Below are positions 52,901 to 64,000 of a stretch of 64,000 nucleotides of DNA, in pieces. Source of the stretch: Octopus sinensis (lineage: Eukaryota); the NCBI RefSeq assembly GCF_006345805.1, contig NC_042997.1, forward strand, positions 52,886,001 through 52,950,000. Direction: 5' to 3'. The notes beneath the pieces were generated by a model. It had not been told where the DNA came from, ran no database searches, and was given only the letters and a program-made list of their open reading frames with translations. A program made the position numbers and the translations under genes. Position 1 is the first letter of the stretch. Each line of letters opens with the position of its first letter.

Positions 52901-53690
52901 CACGTAGTCTGATCAATAAGTATCCGGACTGTTGCTATAGTAACGAATCTAAAGCACACAGAGTGAAACCGCTTGGCGCAGATTGACCATGAACGCTGCT
53001 GGGCATGCGCACTAAGTTTTACCGTTCTAGCTCACTTCCGCTGTTTACAACAGTGCTTGAAAGGAAGCTGCTCAGAAACCTGCGCAAAGTTTTCAAGAAG
53101 TTTTCATCGTTCTCGACACTCAAGATCTTGTGCAACTGAAACCCGAGTGCTCTTTTGGTCAGCTAAAAGCAGTTTGGGCACAAACTCGGCAGACGTGCGT
53201 CTCACACCCAAATCTTCAGTGATAATGGACTGAACGGAACCGTAACTAATCTGCACATCCTCTGATAACTCACTGATGGTAATTCGACAATTTTCCCTCA
53301 CAGCTGCACGTACATTTGTGATGTCTTTCTCAGTTCTGCTAGTTGCGGGTTTCTCAGAACGTTCGTCGATATATACATTTTTTCGGCCATCTTGGAAACG
53401 TTTGAACAACTTGTGCACTTGTGTGCGGCTCATACATTCCTCTCCATACATTTTCTGCAACTTTGCGTAGGCCTCTGAGCAGGTATCGCTATCACAACTT
53501 TCTCTGTCATGGCCAATGCGAAAGTCACACGCTACACACCTTCCTTCCAAGCACTGCTGTAAACAGTGGAAATGAGCTAGAACGTTAAAATTTTGTATGC
53601 ATGCACAGCAGAGTTCAAGCGGCTTCACTCTGCGTGACTTAGCTTCGTTACTATAGCAACAGTTAGGATACTTATTAATCAGACCTCTTA
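52901..53690 (-). mobile_element. Internally deleted mariner element with long TIRs, retaining the N-terminal DNA-binding region
   Basis: TIRs GTCTGATCAATAAGTATCC.GACTGTTGCTATAGTAACGAA extending ~160 bp; ORF EAYAKLQKMYGEECMSRTQVHKLFKRFQDGR..RITISELSEDVQISYGSVQSIITEDLG..FVPKLL (WVPHEL-equivalent); catalytic domain absent. Confidence 0.88.
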
Positions 53691-53847
53691 TATGCATATT
53701 CCATAGAAGCATACTAAACACACACACACACACACATAGTTGAAATTTACATACATACATACATACACACATATATACGTGTATACATACATACATACAT
53801 ACATACACACATATATACGTGTATACATGCATACATACATACATACA

Positions 53848-53883
<36 letters not shown>

Positions 53884-54726
53884 TTGCGTTCTTGTCCCAT
53901 TTTGTATTTTTATATATAATTTTTATACATATATTATTGCGGCGTAGCGTACACATTGTTCTCTTATGTATGTAAACATTCCATTATTGTACGACTTCTA
54001 CACACACTTTCTCTATACTTCACTAGTCTCTGTCTTTCTTTTTTCTTACCTCTGATTCTTTGGTCTCCTCTTCCCCCACTCTCTCACACTTATCTGTCTT
54101 TCTCACTTTGCACCACTGATTCTGTTGCCAAGCCAATCCTTGGCGCGCTCTGTTTCTTCTCCCCTCTTTAATTCCTTCTCCCCCCCCTTGGTGCCTTTGT
54201 CCCTCTTTTACTCTCTCTCTCTCTTTGATTCCTTTGCCCCCTGTTTTTCTCTCCCTTCTTCTCTCCTCTCACGTGACCGCTGGTCAACTAGCCTTTCGGC
54301 CTTTGACCGCCGCCACGACAACACCGTTTTCTTCGTCTGCCGCAAAGGCATTTATTTCCAAATACGCCAGCTAAGATAAGTTAAACTGTCTAAAGTCGTA
54401 AGACACCCGCTGTTTTTGTCCTGTTATTACTATTCTTGTTTTTTATTTTTATTTTTGTTTTTTGTATTTATATTCGTGTGGCATCGTCCGTTTTTCTGTC
54501 GTTGTTTCGTATACATTCGATCCTTTTTCTAAGAAATCTAATGCTCGTAGCTTAGTTTTTCCTTGGGCTGGTCGGATCGGAGCGATCTCAGGATTAATCA
54601 GCCGAAATTGCGAGGATGATCCGGTTCCTGACTGAAGATTAGAGGCTTCGAATGACCCGTCCGTTTTTTTGTGTCGTCTCTTTGTGTGTTTTGCGTTCTT
54701 ATCCCATTTTGTATTTTTATATATAA
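53884..54726 (+). repeat. ~810-bp unit bounded by a ~35-bp direct repeat (possible pLTR-like or tandem element)
   Basis: TTGCGTTCTT(G/A)TCCCATTTTGTATTTTTATATATAA at ~53884 and ~54691; both ends abut (TA)n. Confidence 0.5.
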
Positions 54727-54731
54727 TTGTT

Positions 54732-54766
<35 letters not shown>

Positions 54767-54863
54767 CGCGTCTGTGTGCGTGTGTGTATTATATTATACT
54801 CACACACATATAGACAACATCTACAGACACATACAACCAACACAGGAACAACCAACACATCCA

Positions 54864-55256
54864 AAGGCGGCGAGTTGGCAGAAACGTTAGCACGCCGGGC
54901 GAAATGCTTTGCGGTCTTTCGTTCGCCGTCACGTTCTGAGTTCAAATTCCGCCGAGGTCGACTTTGCCTTTCATCCTTTCGGGGTCGATTAAATAAGTAC
55001 TAGTTACGCACTGGGGTCGATCTAATCGACTTAATCCGTTTGTCTGTCCTTGTTTGTGCTCTCTGTGTTTAGCCCCTTGTGGGTTGGAAAGAAATAGGTA
55101 TTTCGTCTGTCTTTACGGTCTGAGTTCAAATTCCGCCGAGGTCGGCTTTGCTTTTCATCCTTTCGGGGTCGATAAATTAAGTACCAGTTGCGTACTGGGA
55201 TCGATCTAATCCCTCCCCTAAAATTTCGGGCCTTGTGCCTATTGTAGAAAAGAATA
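54864..55256 (+). mobile_element. SINE family B dimer with two alternative 3' tails
   Basis: Unit 1 ends ..GCCCCTTGTGGG..AAAGAAATA and joins GGTATTTCGTC of unit 2, which ends ..GGCCTTGTGCCT..TAGAAAAGAAT. Confidence 0.9.
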
Positions 55257-56278
55257 CATGTACATCCAACACCATAACAACAAATGCACTATACATAAAC
55301 ATTAATGACCAAAATATTTGGTTTGTAACCGTTGCCCTTCAAAATTTAAGATGATGAGAAATAAAAAAAAAGAGAAGACATTAAATATATGAAGAGATGA
55401 TTATGATTGAAACACTTTTGAATACAGGTTTACTCGATCAGGGCTGACCTAGAGCTAAGCAACGAAGACTATAACAAAACGCAAGAAAAACTCACTGTTA
55501 GCGAGCAGATGGTGAACACTTTGAACGATAAAGTCAACCACAAGAACATAAACGATCTTAATACAAGTATGCTTTGATAATTTAGAAAGGGGAGTTGGTG
55601 AGGAAGATTAATTCTAACTAGTAATCCTATTATACAGTGTGAGATTAAAAGATTTAGTTGTAAAACGAAGGTTTAAAATTCTAGTATTTATCTTTGTAGG
55701 TCAGCTATTGATTTGTGGGATTTTGTAAAATAAATGAACCACGAGTAATTTCTTTCCAAAGTTACAAAGCTTGACCGGTAAGTTCAGTGTCACATCTATA
55801 ATACTAGTAGTTTAGTTAGTATTAACATATACCGAACGTAGCGAGCATATCTAATTAGAAATACTTGTGTCGTGAGGAAAAGATAGCTCAATGACTAATA
55901 TAATTTTAATCGGTTCGAGAAGTAGGGGTTACAACTCTTGGCCTGTTTTGAATTTGTTAGAACTCCTCGGCGAAGAATAGACTTCCCCTAACTTGCTGAA
56001 GCAATTTTAATAAAATCATTAAATCGATGTGCAATATTGTATACGGGAAGCATATTTCACCGAGGTTAATTACTCAGAAACACAATCTGCATGACAAACA
56101 ATGGCCAAGTTCATGTTACTACATTTAATACCCATGGTATCAAACTTTTAATTAACTTCAAACGTTTATATGAAATATTTGTACACGAGGATTTAACATA
56201 TTTAAAATAGATCAATGAGGTTAATCAGTCAGGGACGCTATCCGCATAAAAAGAAAAGCAATAGTTAAGTTCGTTTTA

Positions 56279-56922
56279 GAATCTTTTCCTTTTGAACGGC
56301 AGATGTCAACACAATTTCTAGTTAACTAAACACTTTTAAACTTCGTATACTGGTAGAATGTGTTTATAAAACATCATTTTCTCTTGGTTTTATTGAGAAA
56401 ATTCTATAGTTAGTAAGATATTTCGTCTGAAAATCCGAGCATTTCGGCAATTTTAACCAATCGATTACCTCCATTCAACTAAAATCATTTGCTGCGTCTA
56501 AAACTGAGACAACATCCTGTAACTAACCCTAAACATCCCCCCTAACCCTAACCCTAATTTTTTTTTCTTAATTGTTAAATTAATTTAATTCCATTGCTTT
56601 AGTTTTTTTTACACGCGTAACAATTAAATTAATTTAACAATTAAGAAAAAAAATTTAGGGTTAGAGTTAGGGTTAGAGGGAGGTTTAGGGTTAGTTACAG
56701 GTTGTTGTCTCAGTTTTAGACGCAGCAAATGATTTTAGCTCAAAAGAGAGCATAGGATTGGTTAAAATTCGAAAAATTAAACTACGTTAAACAAACAAAT
56801 TACAATTTTCTCAAGAAAGCCAAGAGAAAAAAATGTTTTATTTTGACACATTCTACCAGTATACGAAGTTTTAAAGTGTTTAGTTAACTAGAAATTGTCT
56901 GCCGTTCAAAAGGAAAAGATCC
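56279..56922. mobile_element. Fold-back MITE of the GGATC family, almost entirely palindromic, with telomeric repeats in both arms
   Basis: TIR GAATCTTTTCCTTTTGAACGGCAG / CTGCCGTTCAAAAGGAAAAGATCC; TSD TCGTTTTA on both sides; CCCTAA arm ~56524-56557 and TTAGGG arm ~56655-56694. Confidence 0.9.
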
Positions 56923-57369
56923 TCGTTTTACCATATTTAATAAATATTGTGAGTATTAAAGATTTAATTACCTCAAAGATACATAAGACTATTTAAGTGG
57001 TTCAAATTATGCGTTTTATATTAAGTAAAATCCTTGCACTGTTTTAAATTAGCTGTGAGCTATACTAGTAGAGAAAAATAACATTTAAGTCATGTTACTC
57101 ACATGTCTTGCATTTAACAAGAGATTGGGTTTTAAATATTGTAGATCGAATACACGTTTGTGTTTGAATTTTTTACTGTAAGTTATTACACGCCCTTTCA
57201 GAACGAAATATTGAAATTTGCATACAGTATTAACACTCACACAAATATAATCTTTCACTGAAATTCCAAATCTAAACCGTATGTTTTAAATGTTGATTGT
57301 TTAAATATTAACTGGTAGGTTTGCCCTATAACTTCCGTTTAAAAACTGCATCTTTTTTTTTTTTTTTTT

Positions 57370-57590
57370 AATCTTTTACTTGCTTCATCCTTGGACTGCA
57401 GCCATGACGGGGCAAAACCTTGAAGGGTTTGCTAGAACAAAATGACCTCACTAAGTATGTTCTTAAAGTCCGGTACTTATTCTATCGATTTTTTGTTAAA
57501 CTGTTAAGTTACGGGGACGTAAACAAACAAACAGCTGGTGTCAAGCGGTGGCGGGAGACAAACACAAACACGAAAACACACACGCACACA
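57370..57590 (-). mobile_element. Degenerate SINE family A, 3' half
   Basis: TTTTACTTGCTTCA..GACTGCAGCCATG..GTACTTATTCTATCG..TAAGTTACGGGGACGTAAAC. Confidence 0.7.
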
Positions 57591-57834
57591 TATACTCATA
57601 TATCTTAATTGTTAGATATTATTTTCTGTTACAAGTATTATTTCCGTTATGATTTGGCTCTTCCGACAATGCGCGATACTCTTCCGTCAGTATATGGTGA
57701 TTCTTAGGATACGAATGTAGGCAATCCGTTTCTTTACAATGGCATTATGTTTGGATTTTATGTTTTCACTGGGTGCTTTTTTTTTTTTAAAGTAGGCATC
57801 TTGTAGTTATGTGTTCGGTAAATGTATCTATCCC

Positions 57835-58152
57835 TCTCTCGTGGAAGCGCCATCCAACCAAAATGCAAATATTTGGGAAACTACCACCTGTGTCATCTCT
57901 TGTGAAAGGTAGGAGAGTCCAGTTTGCTGGACATTGTTGTAGAGCTGAAAAAGAAGTAATTTCTACTCTTCTCCTCTGGAAGCCATCTACTCGCAGTACC
58001 AGAGGGCGCACACTCTCCTACCCTGATGTAATCTCCAGGGATACAGGCATCCAGCAACAGGACCGCCGTAATGCCATGATGGACCGTGAAGTCTGACGTA
58101 GCATGGTAAATCCCATTGTCTCGACCACGGTCGAACAATGATGATGATGATG
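57835..58152 (+). mobile_element. RTE-clade LINE 3' end
   Basis: SWKRHPTKMQIFGKLPPVSSLVKGRRVQFAGHCCR..LLLWKP..RGRTLSY..MMDREV matches the RTE-type RRL.F.GH..R..RGRP..DR..W C-terminus; (ATG)n tail. Confidence 0.8.
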
Positions 58153-59104
58153 ATAGATTTTAAACTGCATGTCTGTATCCTTATTTACTGGTACATGTGT
58201 GTCTGCATCTGTGCACCACACTGAGACGCACATGTATTTGTGTGTGTGTTTGTGTGTCTGCTTGAGACTTAAGCGTGTGTGTATTCGTCAGTGAAAACGG
58301 TGTGGTAATGAATGATGTGGAGATTTATTGAAAAAAAAAAGAAAAAAATTTCTTCTATTGTAGGTTTCCAAAAATTAACTGTTGTAGGGGAAAAAAATTG
58401 ACTGGTTCGTTGAATTACTGAGTTTATTGTATTTATCTGGGCGCAGGAGATTTTTCTTATGGGTGGGGTAGTTACTCTGGCGTTATTACTAGTTTTGTTC
58501 ACAAAATACTTGTAGAAGGAAAAGTAAGTAAAAAGAAAAGAAAAATGTATTTTATTAGTATCTCATATTACCGATGTTGGAATTCCGCTATATTATTTAG
58601 TGACGTACATTCGCGCGTGAAAACCTAAAGAAATTTGGTTCAATGTTTCAGGATTGATAGCTTTTCAAATTTAAAAACTACTGAAATACCTTTTGTATAT
58701 AAAATGATGCTCAGTCTAAGCGTCTTGTTTTGCATCCAATCTTCGCTGCAATGTATAATCATATTGATAGAATCTGTTCTTAAATTGGTTAGTGGTTATT
58801 CCTACATAATCAATACTGTTTCAGTTAATGTTATTAGAAAGAGTAAGCTTACATTTTTATATCAGTCATCCGGCTATTTAATCAAATTAATATTTTTAAG
58901 CAAGTAGGGATGCCTTACTTATCCACTAATCGCTAGTTCACTGCATTTCTGACAGCAAATGTGTTAAGTACCTAACCAATTATTTCTATCCTACGTTGGT
59001 ATTCGTCCGCCATTGATATACATGACCGCGCGCGCACGCACACATACACACACACATAAACACACGCACGCACACACACACACACACATACACACACACA
59101 CACA

Positions 59105-59196
<92 letters not shown>

Positions 59197-59604
59197 AACT
59201 AGCCGTCACCTGCAAATGAGTATGGCTTGGCAATATATGCCAAGCTTTCGTTTATTGTTTTAGGTGCTTATATAATAGCAAATGGACACAGTTTAATGAT
59301 CCATTAAACTGTCGCCGGTCAACACCTGCAGGAAAGACATGAATAGAGAAAAGACTGCGGTGGACCGATGTTCTGGAGCATAAGGACTGGGAAGAGGGCT
59401 TAGTGCGGAGTGGGGGGGGGGGCGACAAACAAAGAGTAACGAGAGGTGGAAAGGCGATTTCGCTTGAGGTATCTGAGTGAGGAGGCACAAAACCAGACAG
59501 CTCTGAGAAACAGAGACATTATATTAGAGACAAAAAATAAAAGAACGTAGAAAGAGTATACCTGTAAGCCAGAGGCCTTAGCGTGTCAGTTAGTGACGAT
59601 AATC

Positions 59605-60021
59605 GGATCTTTTCGGTTTGAACGGCAGTTTTTAACATAATTTCTAGGTAATTAAAAAATTTTAAACTTCGTATACTGGTAGAATGTGTTTATAAAACAT
59701 CTTTTTCTCTTGGCTTTATTGAGAAAATTCTATAGTTTGTAAGATATTTGTTGTTGTTTTTCTTCAATTTCTGCAATTTCAACCAATCAGTGATGTCTAT
59801 TGAGTTAAAAAGCATTCTGTGCCGTATGAATATGTCCCTCGTTTAAGAAACAGATTGGGTTTATTTACATTTGTGAAGAAAAACATATACCCTTCCCCCA
59901 CCCCTAACCCCTAACCCTAAAAGAGATTGAAATGCAATAGATCGATACTAGGGTCATAATTATGGGTGTCAATTTCATATGACACCGCTAGAAAGAACTG
60001 CCGTTCAAACCAAAAAGATCC
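59605..60021. mobile_element. GGATC-terminated MITE with internal (CCCTAA)n and 8-bp TSD
   Basis: TIRs as in 45703-46117; TSD CGATAATC at 59597-59604 and 60022-60029. Confidence 0.92.
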
Positions 60022-60357
60022 CGATAATCTTCTAAAAATATTTCATCGTTAATTCATAGGAACTTTTGATCAGTAGAATTTCATCTTAATTACATTCCTA
60101 TTTTAGAAATTATTCCAAGGAGGAGGGAACAAAGTACTTGAAAGCCTTCTTAAAGAAGTATGTTTAGACAATGAATAACTTCTGAATTGCTTGAACGAGC
60201 CAGTATTAGGAGTTACATGTTTCATTTGTAACAATTCAAAAAAGTAAAATTAATAAATTAATATTTATCTGTATATCTGTATCTATCAATCTGTCTGCTT
60301 ATCTATCTATCTATCTATCTATCTCTATCTATCTATCTATCTATTTATCTATCTATC

Positions 60358-60427
<70 letters not shown>

Positions 60428-61027
60428 ATATATATATATATCTACCTACCTACCTACCTACCTACATATCTATCTATCTATCTATCTATCTATCAATTTG
60501 TGTGTGTGTGTTTGTGTATGTATGTGTGTGCGTATAAAACAATGATAACTTTTTTTGTTGGGGAAAAAGAAGTTTGATACTTAATTAATATATATTTATT
60601 GTTTTACTATAAACAGCAATACAATTAAAAAACTGAAATAAACGAAAGTGTTCTAGAAAATATGTTTAATAATTATTAATGTCACGATTCTAAAAAGACA
60701 ATTGAAAATTAATTTCTATATAGTATTGTGCCTTAACATAAAAGATACCTCGTATCAGTGTTTTAAGACAATAGGAAGATAGCATCAATTATAAATTATT
60801 ATCTACGCTAATAGTGGACATTTATTTTTTTCAAAAATCAAATAATGGAAAATAACGATTTTACTCTCAGTGATATTTTCATTTGAGTTAGATATTTTAT
60901 ATCAAAATTGTCTTTGGTTGTTTTGAGATCTATGTAAATAGCAATGAGTTCATCAGCAAGACTACTCTTTGAATTAGATTTAGCAGTTCTTCATTTAAAC
61001 ATACACACATTTAAACATACACACATA

Positions 61028-61412
61028 GGTGCAGGAGTGGCTGTGTGGTAAGTAGCTTGTTTACCAACCACATGGTTCCGGGTTCAGTCCCACTGCGTGG
61101 CACCTTGGGCAAATGTCTTCTACTATAGCCTCGGGCCGACCAAAGCCCTGTGAGTGGATTTGGTAGACGGAAACTGAAAGAAGCCCGTCGTATATATGTA
61201 TATATGAGTGTGTGTGTGTGTGTGTCTGTGTTTGTCCCCCTAGCGTTGCTTGACAACCGATGCTGGTGTGTTTACGTCCCCGTTACTTAGCGGCTCGGCA
61301 AAAGAGACCTATAGAATAAGTACTGAGCGAGTTGCTCGATTAAAGGCGGTGCTCCAGCATGGCCGCAGTCAAATGACTGAGACAAGTAAAAGAGAGTAAA
61401 AGAGAAAAGAGT
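61028..61412 (+). mobile_element. SINE family A, full length with a small internal deletion
   Basis: Head, microsatellite and tail match family A. Confidence 0.9.
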
Positions 61413-62057
61413 ATACGGCTGTTAATACTGTCTATACAAAATTTTTTAGACAGGCAAAAAATTTTAAGAACAGAATCCCAGAGTTTCAAAACTTTGTTTT
61501 CCCCCATTTTTCTGCTCTATTCCTGTAACTAATCGATCTCTTGATTTTTAAATTTTTTTATTCTAAAATCGATCGTCAAGTCTACAGGATTTTCTCGGTA
61601 ACTTAAATGATCAGAATTTAATAAATCTTAATAAAAATTCAGTTGCTGACTCAATAAAGATTAATAATTTTGTTTGAGTATTGAGTGTTTGCTTCTTCGT
61701 GATTTTGAAGCAGATTTTGAGGCAGTTTTTAAGATTTTAGAATTGCTTATAAATGTCGATTTCTCATTGAAAAATTTTAGTAATAGTAAACTTTTGCCAC
61801 GTCCTGATAACTTAATATTCAAATCATTTAAATATGAAAAGTAATCAGTTAACAGAGATTTACAAATCCATTCAATATCAGAACATTCTTTAGAAGAAAA
61901 TTTTCATAAAAAAATCGTATTTGATTCAAACACACACACACACACAAATGTTTTAAGAACAAGACTTTGACTAAGGCCAACCAACATTGTTGTATGTATG
62001 TAGTTGATTCCACCTCATTCTGTAAATTGTCTTTTCTCGTAGCACGTGCATATATAG

Positions 62058-62480
62058 TATTTCTTTCTTTACTACCCACAAGGGGCTAAACACAGAGAGG
62101 ACAAACAAGGACAGACAAACGGATTAAGTCGATTATATCGACCCCAGGGCTTAACTGGTACTTATTTAATCGATCTCGAAAGGATGAAAGGCAAAGTCGA
62201 CCTCGGCGGAATTTGAACTCAGAACGTAGCGGCAGGCGATATACCTATTTCTTTTTCTTTACTACCCACAAGGAGCTAAACACAGAGAGGACAAACAAGG
62301 ACAGACAAAGGGATTAAGTCGATTACATCGACCCCAGGGCTTAACTGGTACTTATTTAATCGATCTCGAAAGGATGAAAGGCAAAGTCGACCTCGGCGGA
62401 ATTTGAACTCACAACATAACGGCAGGCGATATACCGCTAAGCATTTCGCCCGGTGTGCTAACGTTTCTGCCAGCTCACCG
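62058..62480 (-). mobile_element. SINE family B dimer
   Basis: Two ~195-bp units sharing private variants (GGGCTTAAC, GATCTCGAA, GGCGATATAC). Confidence 0.9.
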
Positions 62481-62940
62481 TATATATAATATTAATACCT
62501 AAGTTTTCAACTTTGTTTACGAGTTCTTTAAGGCCAAATTTTGTTCACAAAATACCATGAAAAGCTAATAGTGGATGCTCAAAATATTTTTCAAATAAAT
62601 TTACAAAACCTAGTTTTCTACCAGTCATATTGAACGTATCATCAGTTGTCACAGAAACTATTTCCGAAAGGTTAGTCCCTCGATTAGACAGTTTTTAAAA
62701 CTACAGCCATACATATTTTAGTTCCCGTGGTAACGTTATCAAGTTAACCCGCTCTTTGCATATTCATCACCTCTACAAAACTGAGAAATAGTAGCTAATC
62801 TGGAAAATGATGTAACATTGTTTCTTTCATCTAAATAAATAAAAAATAATTTACATCAAATATCTGTTAATTATTTGTAAGTCTTCTTACTCATTGGTAA
62901 ATCCCTAATGCCCCAAATAATGTTTACCTTTTCTGCAAAA

Positions 62941-63100
62941 ACAAGAGTGGCTGTGTGGTAAGTAGCTTGCTTACCAACCACATGGTTCCGGGTTCAGTCC
63001 CACTGCGTGGCATCTTGGGCAAGTGTCTTCTACTATAGCCTCGGGCCGACCAAAGCCTTGTGAGTGGATTTGTTAGACGGAAACTGAAAGAAGCCTGTCA
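62941..63100 (+). mobile_element. SINE family A, 5' half
   Basis: Family A head up to the internal microsatellite. Confidence 0.88.
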
Positions 63101-63110
63101 TATATATATG

Positions 63111-63143
<33 letters not shown>

Positions 63144-63854
63144 ATATAAGTTTGTACTGACTGAAACAAATTTCATCAAAACATTGACTACATTCTTTTG
63201 TTGATGATTTCTCGAGAAATGTGTTTTATATATTTTCTTAATTACAAAAAAATGCTTATCTACCTTATCACAAAGCTAACTTGAACTGCTGCGTAATACT
63301 GCTTTACAGAAGAAGTCTTTCGGAGCACAAGTTTTATAATGCATTTTTTTTTATAACAAAGTTTTTACTCCTTATTCTTTGAAAAGTTCTGCTGCTGCTC
63401 TCTTCATCTGGATGTTTCCGTTCCTTTTGCTGGTTGAACTGACATTCTAACGAAGCTGAAAGGGATAAATAGACTTTAAAAATGTCTGACCGATAAATTC
63501 TAAAGTCTGGACAAATACGATTAGTCTTAAAGGCATCGCAGTGAGTTGATTTATCGTAAGTGCACATTCTAATATATATAGTTTTAAATCAGCAATTTGT
63601 GTAACTAATTAACGAGCTATCCAAGAAAAGTAATTCTCAAAACTACTTTGCTTGGACCATCAAGAGATCATAAATTTTATGATGTGTACAAACTTTAATA
63701 AATACCCAGTTTAGGAGAGATCCGGATATTACAATAATGCATAAAACATGCTAGTAATTAAGGCATACTTGCTAATTTACTCAGAAAAGTTTACTATTAT
63801 TTCACATTACTGTAATTTATTGTTCTTCAAAATGGCCACTCCCATGATATTGAT

Positions 63855-64000
63855 TTTAAATTTTGGCACAAGGCCAGCAACTTTGGGGAAGGGGTTAAGT
63901 CAATTACATGGACCCCAGCGTTCAACTGGTACTTATTTTATCGACCCCGAAAGGATGAAAGGCCGAGCTGACCTCAGCGGAATTTGAACTCAGAACGTAA
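63855..64000 (-). mobile_element. SINE family B, running off the window end
   Basis: TTTTGGCACAAGGCC..ACTGGTACTTATTTTATCGACCCCGAAAGGATGAAAGGC..GGAATTTGAACTCAGAACG. Confidence 0.85.

Noticed and set aside
63334-63567. 77-aa minus-strand ORF with a possible internal splice acceptor
   Set aside because: No convincing donor or frame and no recognisable domain; needs RNA-seq

Overview
This is AT-rich, microsatellite-saturated eukaryotic DNA, intronic or intergenic. The SINE types, TTAGGG tracts and (TA)/(CATA)/(CA) load suggest an octopod cephalopod, but this is inference. I could not confidently identify any host protein-coding gene, and most ORFs in the track are microsatellite translations. 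The window is dominated by transposon relics: a Penelope-like element (RT + GIY-YIG, 25.9-28.7 kb), two R4/Dong-type REL-endonuclease LINE relics, CR1/L2-group, RTE and Tx1/L1-like LINE fragments, Tc1, mariner, Tigger and hAT relics, a Helitron-like 5' end, about 25 tRNA-derived SINE copies from at least three modular families, and a family of GGATC-terminated, 8-bp-TSD MITEs carrying telomeric repeats. The most interesting signals are: (i) a dispersed set of minimal hammerhead-ribozyme motifs in short Penelope-type/retrozyme-like elements, often at (TA)n, including a perfect 49-bp hairpin with a hammerhead core on each strand and a hammerhead split by an inversion; (ii) a LINE and a SINE family sharing a 3' tail with a compensated stem-loop; (iii) a SINE subfamily that repeatedly lands at C|GGT sites, including inside itself; and (iv) a 640-bp fold-back MITE with TTAGGG arms. 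All calls were made by eye, and coordinates of decayed relics are approximate.
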